The notes beneath the pieces are model-generated. The model was given only the letters and a program-made list of their open reading frames with translations. It did no database searches and was not told the origin of the DNA. This document shows positions 1 through 8,679 of a stretch of 64,000 nt of DNA, piece after piece (position 1 is the first letter of the stretch; each line of letters begins with the position of its first letter). Made by a program: the position numbers and the translations under genes. Location of the stretch: contig CAVSJE010000004.1 of the NCBI GenBank assembly GCA_963728115.1, positions 30,982 to 94,981 of the forward strand. The letters are read 5' to 3'. The DNA comes from an uncultured Gemmatimonadaceae bacterium. GTDB taxonomy: Bacteria; Gemmatimonadota; Gemmatimonadetes; Gemmatimonadales; Gemmatimonadaceae.

Positions 1-260
1 CCGGGCTGCAGTTGGAGCGGCCGCAGCTTGAGCGAGGCCTTGGCGAAACCGCCCACCGTGGTGAGACGAATGCCGCCGGTGTTGGGCGACGGGAGCACGT
101 ACACGTCGATGTCCGCAAACGCGTGGTTCGTGATGTCGAGTCGTACGGGCTCGGGCTCCGGAATCGGATGCTTGGGCTTGGAGAAGCAGCCACCGGCCAC
201 GAGCGCCGTGGCCACCGCGGCCAGCATCGCGCTACGTCGTGCACTCCGTCGAGCCGGCAT
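1..260 (-). CDS. Lipoprotein of unknown function (N-terminal part only; the gene runs off the left edge)
   Basis: The minus-strand ATG at 258-260 is preceded by AGGAGGA. The translation MPARRSARRSAMLAAVATALVAGGCFSKPK has a signal peptide and a lipobox (LVAGGC). It is absent from the ORF track because no stop lies inside the window. Confidence 0.5.
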   Translation of the reverse strand, partial: MPARRSARRSAMLAAVATALVAGGCFSKPKHPIPEPEPVRLDITNHAFADIDVYVLPSPNTGGIRLTTVGGFAKASLKLRPLQLQP

Positions 261-363
261 GCGTCCTCCTGAAAGTCGTCGCGGCGCCCATCGATTCCAC
301 GTTCAAGTCTACCAGAAATCGGCGCTCGTCGCCCAGCCACCCGCCTGCCGCCCCCCGGGGGCC

Positions 364-2718
364 TCAGCTCACGGCCAGCCTGGCCGCGGCCACCACCGCC
401 TGTCCGTAGCTGACGGCACCGTCGTTCGGCGACAGCACCTTTGGCGCAAGTACTTCGAGCCCGATCGCTTGCAGGCGCCGGGCGAGCGAGGCCAACAGCC
501 GAACGTTCTGGAAAACGCCGCCACCCAGCGCCACCCGGGTGATACCCTCCCGTGCCGCCAAGGAGCCCACGAACTCGGCGGTGCCTTGGGCGATGCTCTC
601 ATGGAAGGCGGCCGCCAGCCGGCGGACGTCCTCCCCCCGCCGTGCCCGCAGCCCCAGGGCCACCAGCAGGGGCAGCGGATCGAAGCATGCCCTGCCGTCG
701 GCCGCCATGGTGATCTCGTACGGCAGGGGATCGGCGGCTCCGCGGCCCGCACAGGCCTCCAGCCGCATGGCCGCCTCGCCCTCGAAGTGCGACTCCCGGC
801 AGACGCCGAGCACCGCCGCCGCGGCATCGAACAACCGTCCCATGGACGAGGCGAGCGGCGCATTCACCCCGGCGTCGAGCTGCCCTTCCACCAGGTGGCG
901 GGTGCGCGGATCCACGTCGGCAAAGGCGAGCTCGAACGCGTCCCCGTGCTCGGGCGCCAACGACCGGTAGCCGAGAGCCACGCGCCAGGGCGACCGGGCG
1001 GCGACGTCTCCGCCGGGGAGCGGTGCGTAGCGCAACTGCGCCGCCCGGCGATAGGTCACGAGGTCCGCCACCAGAATCTCCGCGCCCCACGTGTTGCCGT
1101 CGTCGCCGTACCCCGTGCCGTCGAACGCCACGCCGATCACCGGGTCGGTGACGCCGTGCTCCGCGGCCACGGCGGCGATGTGGGCATGGTGATGCTGCAC
1201 CGGGATCACCCGCTCCAGCCCCAGGTCCTCGGCGAGGCGCGTGGACAGGTACTGCGGATGGAGGTCTCGCGCGGCGACCACCGGTTCGATTCGGAACAGC
1301 TCGCGGAACGAGGCGTACGTCCGCTCCCAGTGCTCGGCCGTGTCGAGCGTCTCCAGGTCGCCGATGTGCGGACTGACGTACGCATGGTGTCCCGTGGCCA
1401 GCACGAACGTGTTCTTCAGGTGCGGACCGACGGCCACCAGGGGAACCGGCGCCGCCACGGGCAACGACACGGGGAGGGGCGCGAACCCGCGTCCGCGGCG
1501 CATGAGCACGGCGGAGCCGAGCACCGCGCCGTCGGGGCGGAGCGCCGCGGGAACGACCCGCAGCACCGAGTCGTCGATCCGGGCGACGATTTCCCGGTCG
1601 TGCGTCAGGTAGGCGTCGGCCACGTCTCCAAGGTCGCGCACCGCCTCGGCGAGCGACGCCGCGAGCGGCTCGCCGCTGCGGTTGCCGCTGGTCATGACGA
1701 GCGGAGTCCCCGCGGCTTCGAGCAGCAGCAGGTGAACGGGCGTATAGGCGAGCATGAGCCCGATGGTGCCCAACCCGCCCGACACGGGCGGGGCAACGGG
1801 GGAGTGGTGGCTCGCCTGGAGCACGACGATCGGCCGGCTGGGGCGCTCCAGCCACGCGGCCTCCTCGCTCGAGATTTCCGCCAGGCGCCGCCCCTCCTCG
1901 ACGGACCGCACCATGACGGCGAGCGGCTTGCCGTCCCGGTGCTTGCCCCGGCGCAGCCGTTCCACGGCCTCCACCGCCGTGGCGTCGCAGGCCAGGTGGA
2001 AGCCGCCCACGCCGCGCACGGCGACGATGCCGCCGGCCCGGAGCCGGGCGCCGGCCCGCGCGATGGGATCTCCGGCACCAACCGGGTGGCCCCGGCGGTC
2101 GAGGTACGACAGTCGTGGCCCGCACAGCGGACAGCTGTTGGTCTCCGAGTGATAGCGCCGGTCGCCGATGTTGGCGTACTCGCGCGCGCAGGCGGGGCAC
2201 TGCGGGAACGCGCGCATGCTGGTGCGTTCGCGGTCATACGGCATGTGCTCGATGACGGTGTACCGCGGCCCGCAGTTGGTGCAGGTGATGAACGGATACC
2301 CGTAGCGGCGGTTGGTGGGATCGAAGAGTTCCGCCTCGCAATCGGGACAGGTGGCGACGTCGGGGGAGACCCACTGCCCCTCCTGGCCGGAGCCGTCGCT
2401 CTCGACGATGCGGAAGGCGCCGAGGATGGCGTCGCCCAGGGCCTCGCGTTCCACGCGGTCGATGCGGGCCAGCGGCGGCGCCTCGAGGCTGAGGGCCCGC
2501 ACGAAGCGATCGACGTCGCAGGCGTCGCCGGCGACGGCGATCTCGACGTCGCCAGTGGTGTTGCGGACCCACCCGCGAAGGCCGTGGCGCACGGCCAGCC
2601 GGTGCACGAACGGGCGGAACCCGACCCCCTGCACCACCCCGGTCACACGAAGGCGGAGTCCGTCCGTCAGCCGCCCGGCCCTCGACTCCGCCCCGCCCGC
2701 TTCGACCGCCCGGTGCAT
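364..2718 (-). CDS. hypF: [NiFe] hydrogenase maturation carbamoyltransferase HypF
   Basis: 784 aa. It has an acylphosphatase-like N-terminus (VTGVVQGVGFRPFV), two CxxC-x18-CxxC zinc-finger pairs (CPDCEAE...CTNCGPRY and CPACAREY...CPLCGPRL), then YrdC-like and Kae1-like regions. Confidence 0.95.
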   Translation of the reverse strand: MHRAVEAGGAESRAGRLTDGLRLRVTGVVQGVGFRPFVHRLAVRHGLRGWVRNTTGDVEIAVAGDACDVDRFVRALSLEAPPLARIDRVEREALGDAILGAFRIVESDGSGQEGQWVSPDVATCPDCEAELFDPTNRRYGYPFITCTNCGPRYTVIEHMPYDRERTSMRAFPQCPACAREYANIGDRRYHSETNSCPLCGPRLSYLDRRGHPVGAGDPIARAGARLRAGGIVAVRGVGGFHLACDATAVEAVERLRRGKHRDGKPLAVMVRSVEEGRRLAEISSEEAAWLERPSRPIVVLQASHHSPVAPPVSGGLGTIGLMLAYTPVHLLLLEAAGTPLVMTSGNRSGEPLAASLAEAVRDLGDVADAYLTHDREIVARIDDSVLRVVPAALRPDGAVLGSAVLMRRGRGFAPLPVSLPVAAPVPLVAVGPHLKNTFVLATGHHAYVSPHIGDLETLDTAEHWERTYASFRELFRIEPVVAARDLHPQYLSTRLAEDLGLERVIPVQHHHAHIAAVAAEHGVTDPVIGVAFDGTGYGDDGNTWGAEILVADLVTYRRAAQLRYAPLPGGDVAARSPWRVALGYRSLAPEHGDAFELAFADVDPRTRHLVEGQLDAGVNAPLASSMGRLFDAAAAVLGVCRESHFEGEAAMRLEACAGRGAADPLPYEITMAADGRACFDPLPLLVALGLRARRGEDVRRLAAAFHESIAQGTAEFVGSLAAREGITRVALGGGVFQNVRLLASLARRLQAIGLEVLAPKVLSPNDGAVSYGQAVVAAARLAVS

Positions 2719-2721
2719 GCG

Positions 2722-3420
2722 CTAGGCGCGCGCCGCGGCCGGCGCGCGCTCCGGTGCTCGCCGCGCGCGCGCGGTCCGGCGGATGAAGTCGTACCACGCA
2801 TCGAGGCCGGTCCCCGTGGTGGCCGACGTGAAGTAGAACTCCAGCGCCGGATTCACCTCGCGGGCGAACGCGACGGCGCGGTCGACGTCGAAGGGCACGT
2901 AGGGCAGCAGATCCATCTTGTTCAGCACCGCGTAGCGGGCCTCGCGGAACATCTTGGGATACTTGAGCGGCTTGTCCTCTCCCTCGGTCACCGAGAACAC
3001 GACGACTTTCGCATCCTCGCCCAGGTACCACGACGCGGGACAGACGAGGTTGCCGACGTTCTCGATGAACAGCAGGTCGGTGTCGTCGAGGTCCACGGCC
3101 TCGAGCCCGTTGTCGATCTGGCGGGCGTCGAGGTGGCAAGCGCCACCGGTGACCACCGCCTGCACGAGCCGGTTGGTGTGGCGGGCCAGGCGTTCGGCGT
3201 CGTTCTGCGTCTGCACGTCGCCGGTGATGACGGCCATCCGCAGCTCGTCGCCGAGCGCGTCCAGCGTCCGTTCGAGGAGCAGCGTCTTGCCGGCGCCGGG
3301 CGACGACACGAGGTTGAGCGCCGCGACGCCGCGGGCGTCGAGACGGGACCGGATGTCACGGGCAATGGCGTCGTTCTTCTCCATGACGCGTTCGCGGACG
3401 TCGATCGTTCTAATGGCCAT
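2722..3420 (-). CDS. hypB: Hydrogenase nickel-incorporation GTPase HypB
   Basis: 232 aa with P-loop SSPGAGKT, an ENVGNLVCP motif and an NKMDL motif. There is no His-rich N-terminus. Confidence 0.93.
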   Translation of the reverse strand: MAIRTIDVRERVMEKNDAIARDIRSRLDARGVAALNLVSSPGAGKTLLLERTLDALGDELRMAVITGDVQTQNDAERLARHTNRLVQAVVTGGACHLDARQIDNGLEAVDLDDTDLLFIENVGNLVCPASWYLGEDAKVVVFSVTEGEDKPLKYPKMFREARYAVLNKMDLLPYVPFDVDRAVAFAREVNPALEFYFTSATTGTGLDAWYDFIRRTARARRAPERAPAAARA

Positions 3421-3658
3421 CGTCCAACTCCAGGTAGCTGACCCGCAGCACGTCGCCGGGCTTGCGGTCGAGGAACGGTTTGGCGCCGCCGAAGTGCGGC
3501 TGCGAGAGCAGCGCCTCGAGGCAGAATTCCAGATTTTCGATTTCGAGTCCCGCGTCGTCGCCGACCTCGACTCCCACCGTCACCAGGGTGCCGGCGTCGC
3601 GGTCGTACTTCTCGTCCACGATACGGCAGATTTCCATGGCGACGCTCATCTCGTGCAT
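3410..3658 (-). CDS. hypA: Short HypA-like nickel metallochaperone lacking the zinc-binding domain
   Basis: 82 aa starting MHEMSVAMEICRIV (the HypA MHE N-terminus). It has no CxxC...CxxC motifs. Its last 11 nt overlap the hypB start, and its start overlaps the hupD end by 13 nt. Confidence 0.75.
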   Translation of the reverse strand: MHEMSVAMEICRIVDEKYDRDAGTLVTVGVEVGDDAGLEIENLEFCLEALLSQPHFGGAKPFLDRKPGDVLRVSYLELDDGH

Positions 3659-4230
3659 GATGGCGTCCCCGGCGCCGCCGGCCATCCGGTGGTCGGGAGC
3701 GCCCAATCGCCGGCCGGAACCCGACGCCCGCCCGTGCGCGGCCGGCAGACGTGGCCCCACGACCGGAGCTGATCCACCGCCAACTCCACCAGCCGGTCGA
3801 TCTTCTCGGCGACGCGGGGGGAGAGGCCGTCGCCCATCTCGAATCCCGCCGGCTGGAGGCCGATGGCGACGGTCACCGCCGGCAGGGTGCCGCGAAGCTG
3901 CGCGACGGCCAGCACGTCGCGCAGGTCGAGCTGGTGCGGGGAGAGCTTCATCGCCAACGCCCGCGGAATCTCGTCGCCCTCGAGCACCGCCTCGGTCCCC
4001 GGCGGCATGCCGGTGCGGATCGCGTCCAGAAAGAGCACGCGGTCCGCCGTCTCGATCATCGGCAGCAGCATCATCCCCCAGGTGCCGCCGTCCACCAACT
4101 CCACGCTCTCGGGCACCCGCCACCGGTCACGCAGCCGTTCCAGCGCTACGAGACCGGTGCCGTCGTCCCCGAGCAGGGGATTCCCGAGCCCGATGACCAG
4201 GTCGCCGTGGCGGGGTTCAGCCGTCGGCAT
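3646..4230 (-). CDS. hupD: Hydrogenase maturation endopeptidase (HyaD/HupD family)
   Basis: The sequence DLVIGLGNPLLGDDGTGLVA...VELVDGGTWGM...LFLDA is typical of the family. I chose the internal ATG at 4230 as the start; it overlaps the hupC end by 14 nt. Confidence 0.85.
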   Translation of the reverse strand: MPTAEPRHGDLVIGLGNPLLGDDGTGLVALERLRDRWRVPESVELVDGGTWGMMLLPMIETADRVLFLDAIRTGMPPGTEAVLEGDEIPRALAMKLSPHQLDLRDVLAVAQLRGTLPAVTVAIGLQPAGFEMGDGLSPRVAEKIDRLVELAVDQLRSWGHVCRPRTGGRRVPAGDWALPTTGWPAAPGTPSCTR

Positions 4231-4993
4231 AGTGCTCGTCGGTGGGCACGAACCGTCCCCCGCTGACGATGGACGACATCGTGCCGCTGCGTTCCAGCAG
4301 GTCGGCACGGATGGCGAGGTACACGTGCAGAATGATGAAGAACGGGAAGTACCAGGTGGCCACGTGGTGGATCACGCGCACGCCCTGGAATCCGCCCAGG
4401 TACGGCGCGAGGTGGCCCACCGTGTGCATGAACACGCCGTGCGGGTTGGCCTCACCGAACATGATGAACCCGGTGACCACCATGATGCCGGCCACCACGT
4501 AGGTGAAGGTGTAGGCCAACTGCTGCAGGGGATTGTGGCCGAGGTAGCGCGGCGAACGCTCGGGATGGATCATCAGGTAGAACTTGACCATCTTGACGAG
4601 GTTCACCCAATCCCGTTTGTGCACCGGGAACAGCGCCGGGAGCCGCTCGAAGCGATTGCCGGCGAAGAGCCAGTACACGCGGACGATCGCCGTGGCCACC
4701 AGCACGCCGGCGGCGATGAAGTGGACGAGGCGCACCCATTGCAGCCCGAAATTCGGGCTGGGTCCGACGGACAGGAAGTATGGCCGCCCGATCCAGAGCC
4801 CGGTGACGACGAGCGTGACGATGCTGATCGCCGCCGCCCAATGCATCGCGCGAATGGGCCAGTGCCACAGGTACACCCAGCGATGCTCGGGGTACCCGCC
4901 GCCGAGCGGTTGCTCATAGGTCGTCGTCAGCGCCCGCTGATCGATGGACGGCCAATGCGGTTCCCGCTGCTGCTTGGCGTCGCGGGGGTTCAT
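4217..4993 (-). CDS. hupC: Ni/Fe-hydrogenase b-type cytochrome subunit (HyaC/HupC family)
   Basis: 258 aa from the ATG at 4993, which overlaps the hupL stop as ATGA. It has four TM helices with conserved His residues (RAMHWAAA, HNPLQQ, RVIHHVATW, ILHVYLA). Confidence 0.85.
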   Translation of the reverse strand: MNPRDAKQQREPHWPSIDQRALTTTYEQPLGGGYPEHRWVYLWHWPIRAMHWAAAISIVTLVVTGLWIGRPYFLSVGPSPNFGLQWVRLVHFIAAGVLVATAIVRVYWLFAGNRFERLPALFPVHKRDWVNLVKMVKFYLMIHPERSPRYLGHNPLQQLAYTFTYVVAGIMVVTGFIMFGEANPHGVFMHTVGHLAPYLGGFQGVRVIHHVATWYFPFFIILHVYLAIRADLLERSGTMSSIVSGGRFVPTDEHYADG

Positions 4994-6705
4994 TGCACGC
5001 GCACCTCCGTCACCGTGTCCCCTTCGGCATCGAGCACGTGGACGCCGCAGGCGATACACGGATCGAACGAGTGGACCGTGCGCAGGATCTCGAGCGGCTG
5101 CTCGGGGTCCGCGAGCGGGTGGTTGTCGGTCAGCGCGGCTTCATACGGGCCGAGCTGGCCGCCGGCGTCGCGCGGCGACGCGTTCCACGTGGTGGGGACC
5201 ACGCACTGGTAGCGCGAGATCTTGCCGTCCTCGATCTCCACCCAGTGGCCGAGCGCGCCGCGCGGCGCATCGAGCACGCCGTAGCCGCGGCTGGTCTTGG
5301 GCCAGCTCGAGGGCTCCCACTTGGACTTGGCGAAGGTCGAGACGTCGCCGGCCTTGATGCGGGCCACGAGATTGTCGAACCAGACGCTCATCCGGCGGGC
5401 CAGCAGCACGGTTTCCATGCCGCGGGCGGCGGTCCGGCCGAGCGTCGAGAAGAGCGCGGCGGGCGGGGCATTCAGCGCCTTGAGTGTGTCGCCGACGATC
5501 TCCTTCACTTCCTTGTGACCGCTGGCGTAGGCCACGAGCATGCGCGCCAGCGGACCCACTTCCATGGATTTGCCGTCGTACCGTGGCGCCTTCATCCACG
5601 TGTACTTCTGCTCATCCTGGAGGTACGTCCAGGGAGCCGCCGGGCCGGTGTAGTGGGGCTTCGTCTCCCCTTCCCACGGGTGCAGCGCCGCCTCGGGCCC
5701 CTTGTCGTAGTCGTACCACGAACTGTGGATCGACTCGGTGACGCTCGTATGGTCGTACGGCAGCACCTTGCTCAGATCCTTGTTCATCACGATCCCGCGC
5801 GGCAGGTACAGCGAGTTGACGTCGCGGATGTCGGTCTCCGGGAACTCGCCCACGGAGAGGTAGTTGCCGGTGCCGCCGCCGATACCCGCCCACTCCTTGT
5901 AGTAGCCGGCGATGGCGACGAGATCGGGCCAGTACACCTGCTCGACGAACCGCTGGGCCCGGGTGATCATGTCCTTGATCTCGGTGAGCTTGGCGGCGTT
6001 GATCGTCGCCGTACCCTCGAGATTGATCGCGCTGGCCATGCCGCCCACGAGGAAGTTCGGGTGCGGGTTCTTGCCGCCGAAGATCGTGTGCAGGCGGATG
6101 ACGTCACGCTGCCAGTCGAGCGCCTCCAGATAGTGCGCCACGGCGAGGAGGTTGACCTCGGGCGGCAGCTTGTAGGCCGGGTGGCCCCAGTAGCCGTTGC
6201 TGAAGATCCCGAGCTGTCCGCTGCCCACGAACGTCTTCACGCGCTCCTGCACCTCGCGGAAGTGCGTGGGGGAGTTGTTGGGCCACGGCGAGATCGACGC
6301 CGCGATCTTCGCCGTCTGCGCTGGATCGGCCTTGAGGGCGCTCACCACGTCCACCCAGTCGAGCGCGTGCAGATGATAGAAGTGGATCACGTGATCCTGC
6401 ACGAACTGCATGCCGTGCACGAGATTCCGGATCGTATTGGCGTTCGGTGGAATGTGGATGTCGAGCGCGTCCTCCACGGCGCGGCACGACGCCACGGCGT
6501 GCACCACGGTGCAGACGCCGCAGATGCGCTGGGCGAACGCCCAAGCGTCACGCGGGTCGCGGCCCTGGAGCACGATCTCGATGCCCCGGAACTGCGTGGC
6601 CGACGCCCAGGCGTTGGCCACCTTGCCGTTCTCGGCCTGGGCCTCGATGCGCAGGTGCCCCTCGATGCGCGTGATCGGATCGATCACGACCTTAGTTTTC
6701 GCCAT
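4990..6705 (-). CDS. hupL: [NiFe] hydrogenase large subunit, group 1 (periplasmic uptake type)
   Basis: 571 aa. It carries the N-terminal RIEGHLRIE and RICGVCT motifs and the C-terminal DPCIACGVH motif, followed by a cleavable extension. It closely resembles HybC/HydB-like proteins. Confidence 0.97.
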   Translation of the reverse strand: MAKTKVVIDPITRIEGHLRIEAQAENGKVANAWASATQFRGIEIVLQGRDPRDAWAFAQRICGVCTVVHAVASCRAVEDALDIHIPPNANTIRNLVHGMQFVQDHVIHFYHLHALDWVDVVSALKADPAQTAKIAASISPWPNNSPTHFREVQERVKTFVGSGQLGIFSNGYWGHPAYKLPPEVNLLAVAHYLEALDWQRDVIRLHTIFGGKNPHPNFLVGGMASAINLEGTATINAAKLTEIKDMITRAQRFVEQVYWPDLVAIAGYYKEWAGIGGGTGNYLSVGEFPETDIRDVNSLYLPRGIVMNKDLSKVLPYDHTSVTESIHSSWYDYDKGPEAALHPWEGETKPHYTGPAAPWTYLQDEQKYTWMKAPRYDGKSMEVGPLARMLVAYASGHKEVKEIVGDTLKALNAPPAALFSTLGRTAARGMETVLLARRMSVWFDNLVARIKAGDVSTFAKSKWEPSSWPKTSRGYGVLDAPRGALGHWVEIEDGKISRYQCVVPTTWNASPRDAGGQLGPYEAALTDNHPLADPEQPLEILRTVHSFDPCIACGVHVLDAEGDTVTEVRVQ

Positions 6706-7849
6706 GGCTGTCCTCCCGGCCGGTTGCGCTCGGCGAGTGATCGGCGCGCGCTTCGGCGCGCCGCGAACGGATCTGATACAACCCCGTCGCCGCCGCGTGA
6801 GCGGCGACGCCGGCAGCGGCTCCGACGGCCAGCGCGGCCCCGAGGATGTCCGCCGTGTGCTCCACGCCCACGCCGGCCACGTTGGGCAGGCGGTTGTAGA
6901 ACGGCGTCATCGTATCCCAGAAATTGCGCTCGGTGCAGCCGATGCACGGGTGCCCGGCGCCGATCGGGAAGTCGGTGTGCGAATTCCACATGAAGATCGG
7001 ACAGGGCGAGAACGTGGCCGGCCCCTTGCAGCCCACTTCGTACAAGCACCAGCCCTCGCGGGCGCCATTGTCGTCGAAGGTGCGCACGAACTGGCCGGCG
7101 TCGTAGTGGGCCCGCCGCGGGCACTGATCGTGAATCCGGTTGCCGTAGGCGAACAGTGGCCGTCCGTCGGAATCGGTCTCGGGCAAGCGCCCGAAGGTGA
7201 GGAAGTGCACCACGGTCGCCGTGATCACGTCGGCAATCGGGGGGCAGCCGGCGATGTTGAGCACCGGCTTGTCCTTGATGATTTCCGAGACGCCCACCGC
7301 GCCGGTGGGATTCGGCTTCGCGGCCTGCACGCTGCCCCAGTGGGCACAGGCGCCCACGGCGATCACGGCCGCCGCGTCCTTGGCGGTCTCCTCGAGGAGC
7401 GTGCGCGCCGTCTTCCCGGCGATGGTGGTGTAGATCCCGTTCTCGTTGGTCGGCACCGAGCCGGTGACGATCAGCACGTACTTGCCGGCGTTCTCCTTGC
7501 GGGCATTCTCCAGCGCCTGCTCGGCGTGGTGCCCGGCCGCCGCCATGAGGGTATCCATGAAGTCGAGCGAGATCGTGTCGAGCACGAGGTCGCCGATGGT
7601 CGGATCCGCGGTGCGGATGACACTCTCCACGCACCCCGTGCATTCCTGCAATTGCAGCCAGATGACGCTGGGCCGCTTCAGGGCTTGCATGGCCTCGGCG
7701 ATTCGCGGCACCGCCAGGCTGCTGAGTCCGAGGACAGCGGCCATCTGTCCACAGAATTCGATGAAGTCGCGCCGGCTGATGCCGCGGCGGCCGAGAAATC
7801 CGCCAAGCGCCTCATCGTCTGACCACGCGTGCGTGGTTGGCGTGAGCAT
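6692..7849 (-). CDS. hupS: [NiFe] hydrogenase small subunit with Tat signal and C-terminal membrane anchor
   Basis: It has the twin-arginine motif SRRDFIEF, the proximal-cluster motif LQECTGCVES, and a C-terminal hydrophobic helix. I prefer the ATG at 7849 over the upstream GTG at 7882. Confidence 0.93.
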   Translation of the reverse strand: MLTPTTHAWSDDEALGGFLGRRGISRRDFIEFCGQMAAVLGLSSLAVPRIAEAMQALKRPSVIWLQLQECTGCVESVIRTADPTIGDLVLDTISLDFMDTLMAAAGHHAEQALENARKENAGKYVLIVTGSVPTNENGIYTTIAGKTARTLLEETAKDAAAVIAVGACAHWGSVQAAKPNPTGAVGVSEIIKDKPVLNIAGCPPIADVITATVVHFLTFGRLPETDSDGRPLFAYGNRIHDQCPRRAHYDAGQFVRTFDDNGAREGWCLYEVGCKGPATFSPCPIFMWNSHTDFPIGAGHPCIGCTERNFWDTMTPFYNRLPNVAGVGVEHTADILGAALAVGAAAGVAAHAAATGLYQIRSRRAEARADHSPSATGREDSHGEN

Positions 7850-8133
7850 GACACAACCCCCTAGGATGGGTTGGCGTAGCACGGCACCGCACGGTCGGCG
7901 TTTCCGATCCCGGATGCCGTTTGAATGGACGATCGCGTGTGTACATGATCGGGGGCCCCGCGGAAGGGGTACAGAAGCGAAAGCCTGAACCGGGTGCGGG
8001 GTTGCGCCGACGGGCCTGTGGGGGAAATGCTTACTCCGGGGGCGGCAAACGTCCGGCTGCGTCGGAAGCCCCCGTTCCGCGATACTCCTGCCCAGTCAGT
8101 GCAGCTTTCGTCGCCCACGACCCGAGGTCAGTC

Positions 8134-8583
8134 ATGTTCGAGCATTCCCGCGGCGCGTCGCGCGCCATCGGTCTCCTCGCGCTGCCGGCGCTGCTCGCCG
8201 CCGGCGCGTGCAAGCAGCAGGGCCAGGATCCGGCCAAGTTGCCCCTGTCCGCAATGGCGGCGGGAAGCACCGGGACGGCCAATCCGCACACCACGATGTC
8301 GCCCGAGGCCCGGGCGGCCCTGGACAGCGGCAACGCCCAGTACCGCGCCGGCAACTACGCCGCCGCCCTCAAGAGCTACCGCCAGTCGTCGGACCTCGCG
8401 CCGCTGAACGCCGCGCCCTTCTTCGGCATCTACATGGCCGCCGACAAGCTGGGCAACAAGGCGCTGGCCGACAGCGCGAGCGCCGAGATCAAGCGGCGCG
8501 AGAGCACGAGCACCGAGATGCTCACCGACAGCGCCCTCCGGAAGATGCACGAGACAGGCGCGAAGAAGCCGTCGGCAAACTGA
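8134..8583 (+). CDS. Small lipoprotein with a TPR-like repeat
   Basis: The ATG at 8134 gives MFEHSRGASRAIGLLALPALLAAGAC (lipobox LAAGAC). GNAQYRAGNYAAALKSYRQS looks like a TPR repeat. Confidence 0.5.
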   Translation: MFEHSRGASRAIGLLALPALLAAGACKQQGQDPAKLPLSAMAAGSTGTANPHTTMSPEARAALDSGNAQYRAGNYAAALKSYRQSSDLAPLNAAPFFGIYMAADKLGNKALADSASAEIKRRESTSTEMLTDSALRKMHETGAKKPSAN

Positions 8584-8601
8584 CCGCCCCGGCGAAGCAG
8601 C

Positions 8602-8642
8602 GAGGCACGGAGTCCCGGTTCGGGCTCCGTGCCTCGTTTCGT
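8602..8642. terminator. Strong GC hairpin between convergent genes (candidate bidirectional terminator)
   Basis: GAGGCACGGAG(T)CCCG-GTT-CGGGCTCCGTGCCTC gives 15 bp of pairing with one bulge. It is followed by GTTTCGT on the plus strand. Confidence 0.5.
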
Positions 8643-8679
8643 ACCCCCACTCAATGGCCGGTCCGCGCCGGTCGGCGCC

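Noticed and set aside
350-362. The GCCCCCCGGGGGC palindrome just downstream of the hypF stop, considered as a terminator.
   Set aside because: It has no loop and no U-tract, so it is more likely a compositional palindrome.
28-3441. A 1137-aa plus-strand ORF that covers hypF and hypB in antisense.
   Set aside because: The product is Arg/Gly/Ala/Pro/His-rich and low in complexity, with no motifs. The opposite strand encodes unmistakable HypF and HypB. Stop-free mirror frames of this kind are expected at about 70% GC.
4990-6705. A possible [NiFeSe] hydrogenase or an in-frame selenocysteine.
   Set aside because: The C-terminal motif is DPCIACGVH with ordinary Cys codons, and the ORF has no internal TGA.
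6692-7849. The idea that this is an O2-tolerant group 1d hydrogenase, which would fit the aerobic cbb3 context.
   Set aside because: The small subunit has ECTGCVES, with Gly at the position where O2-tolerant enzymes carry the extra Cys (ECTCC) of the 4Fe-3S proximal cluster. The large subunit looks HybC/HydB-like. The subgroup still needs a proper classifier such as HydDB.
7850-8133. A sigma-54 promoter (TGGCAC-N5-TTGC) or HoxA-type site upstream of hupS.
   Set aside because: No GG-N10-GC element with a convincing flanking consensus is visible on the minus strand.
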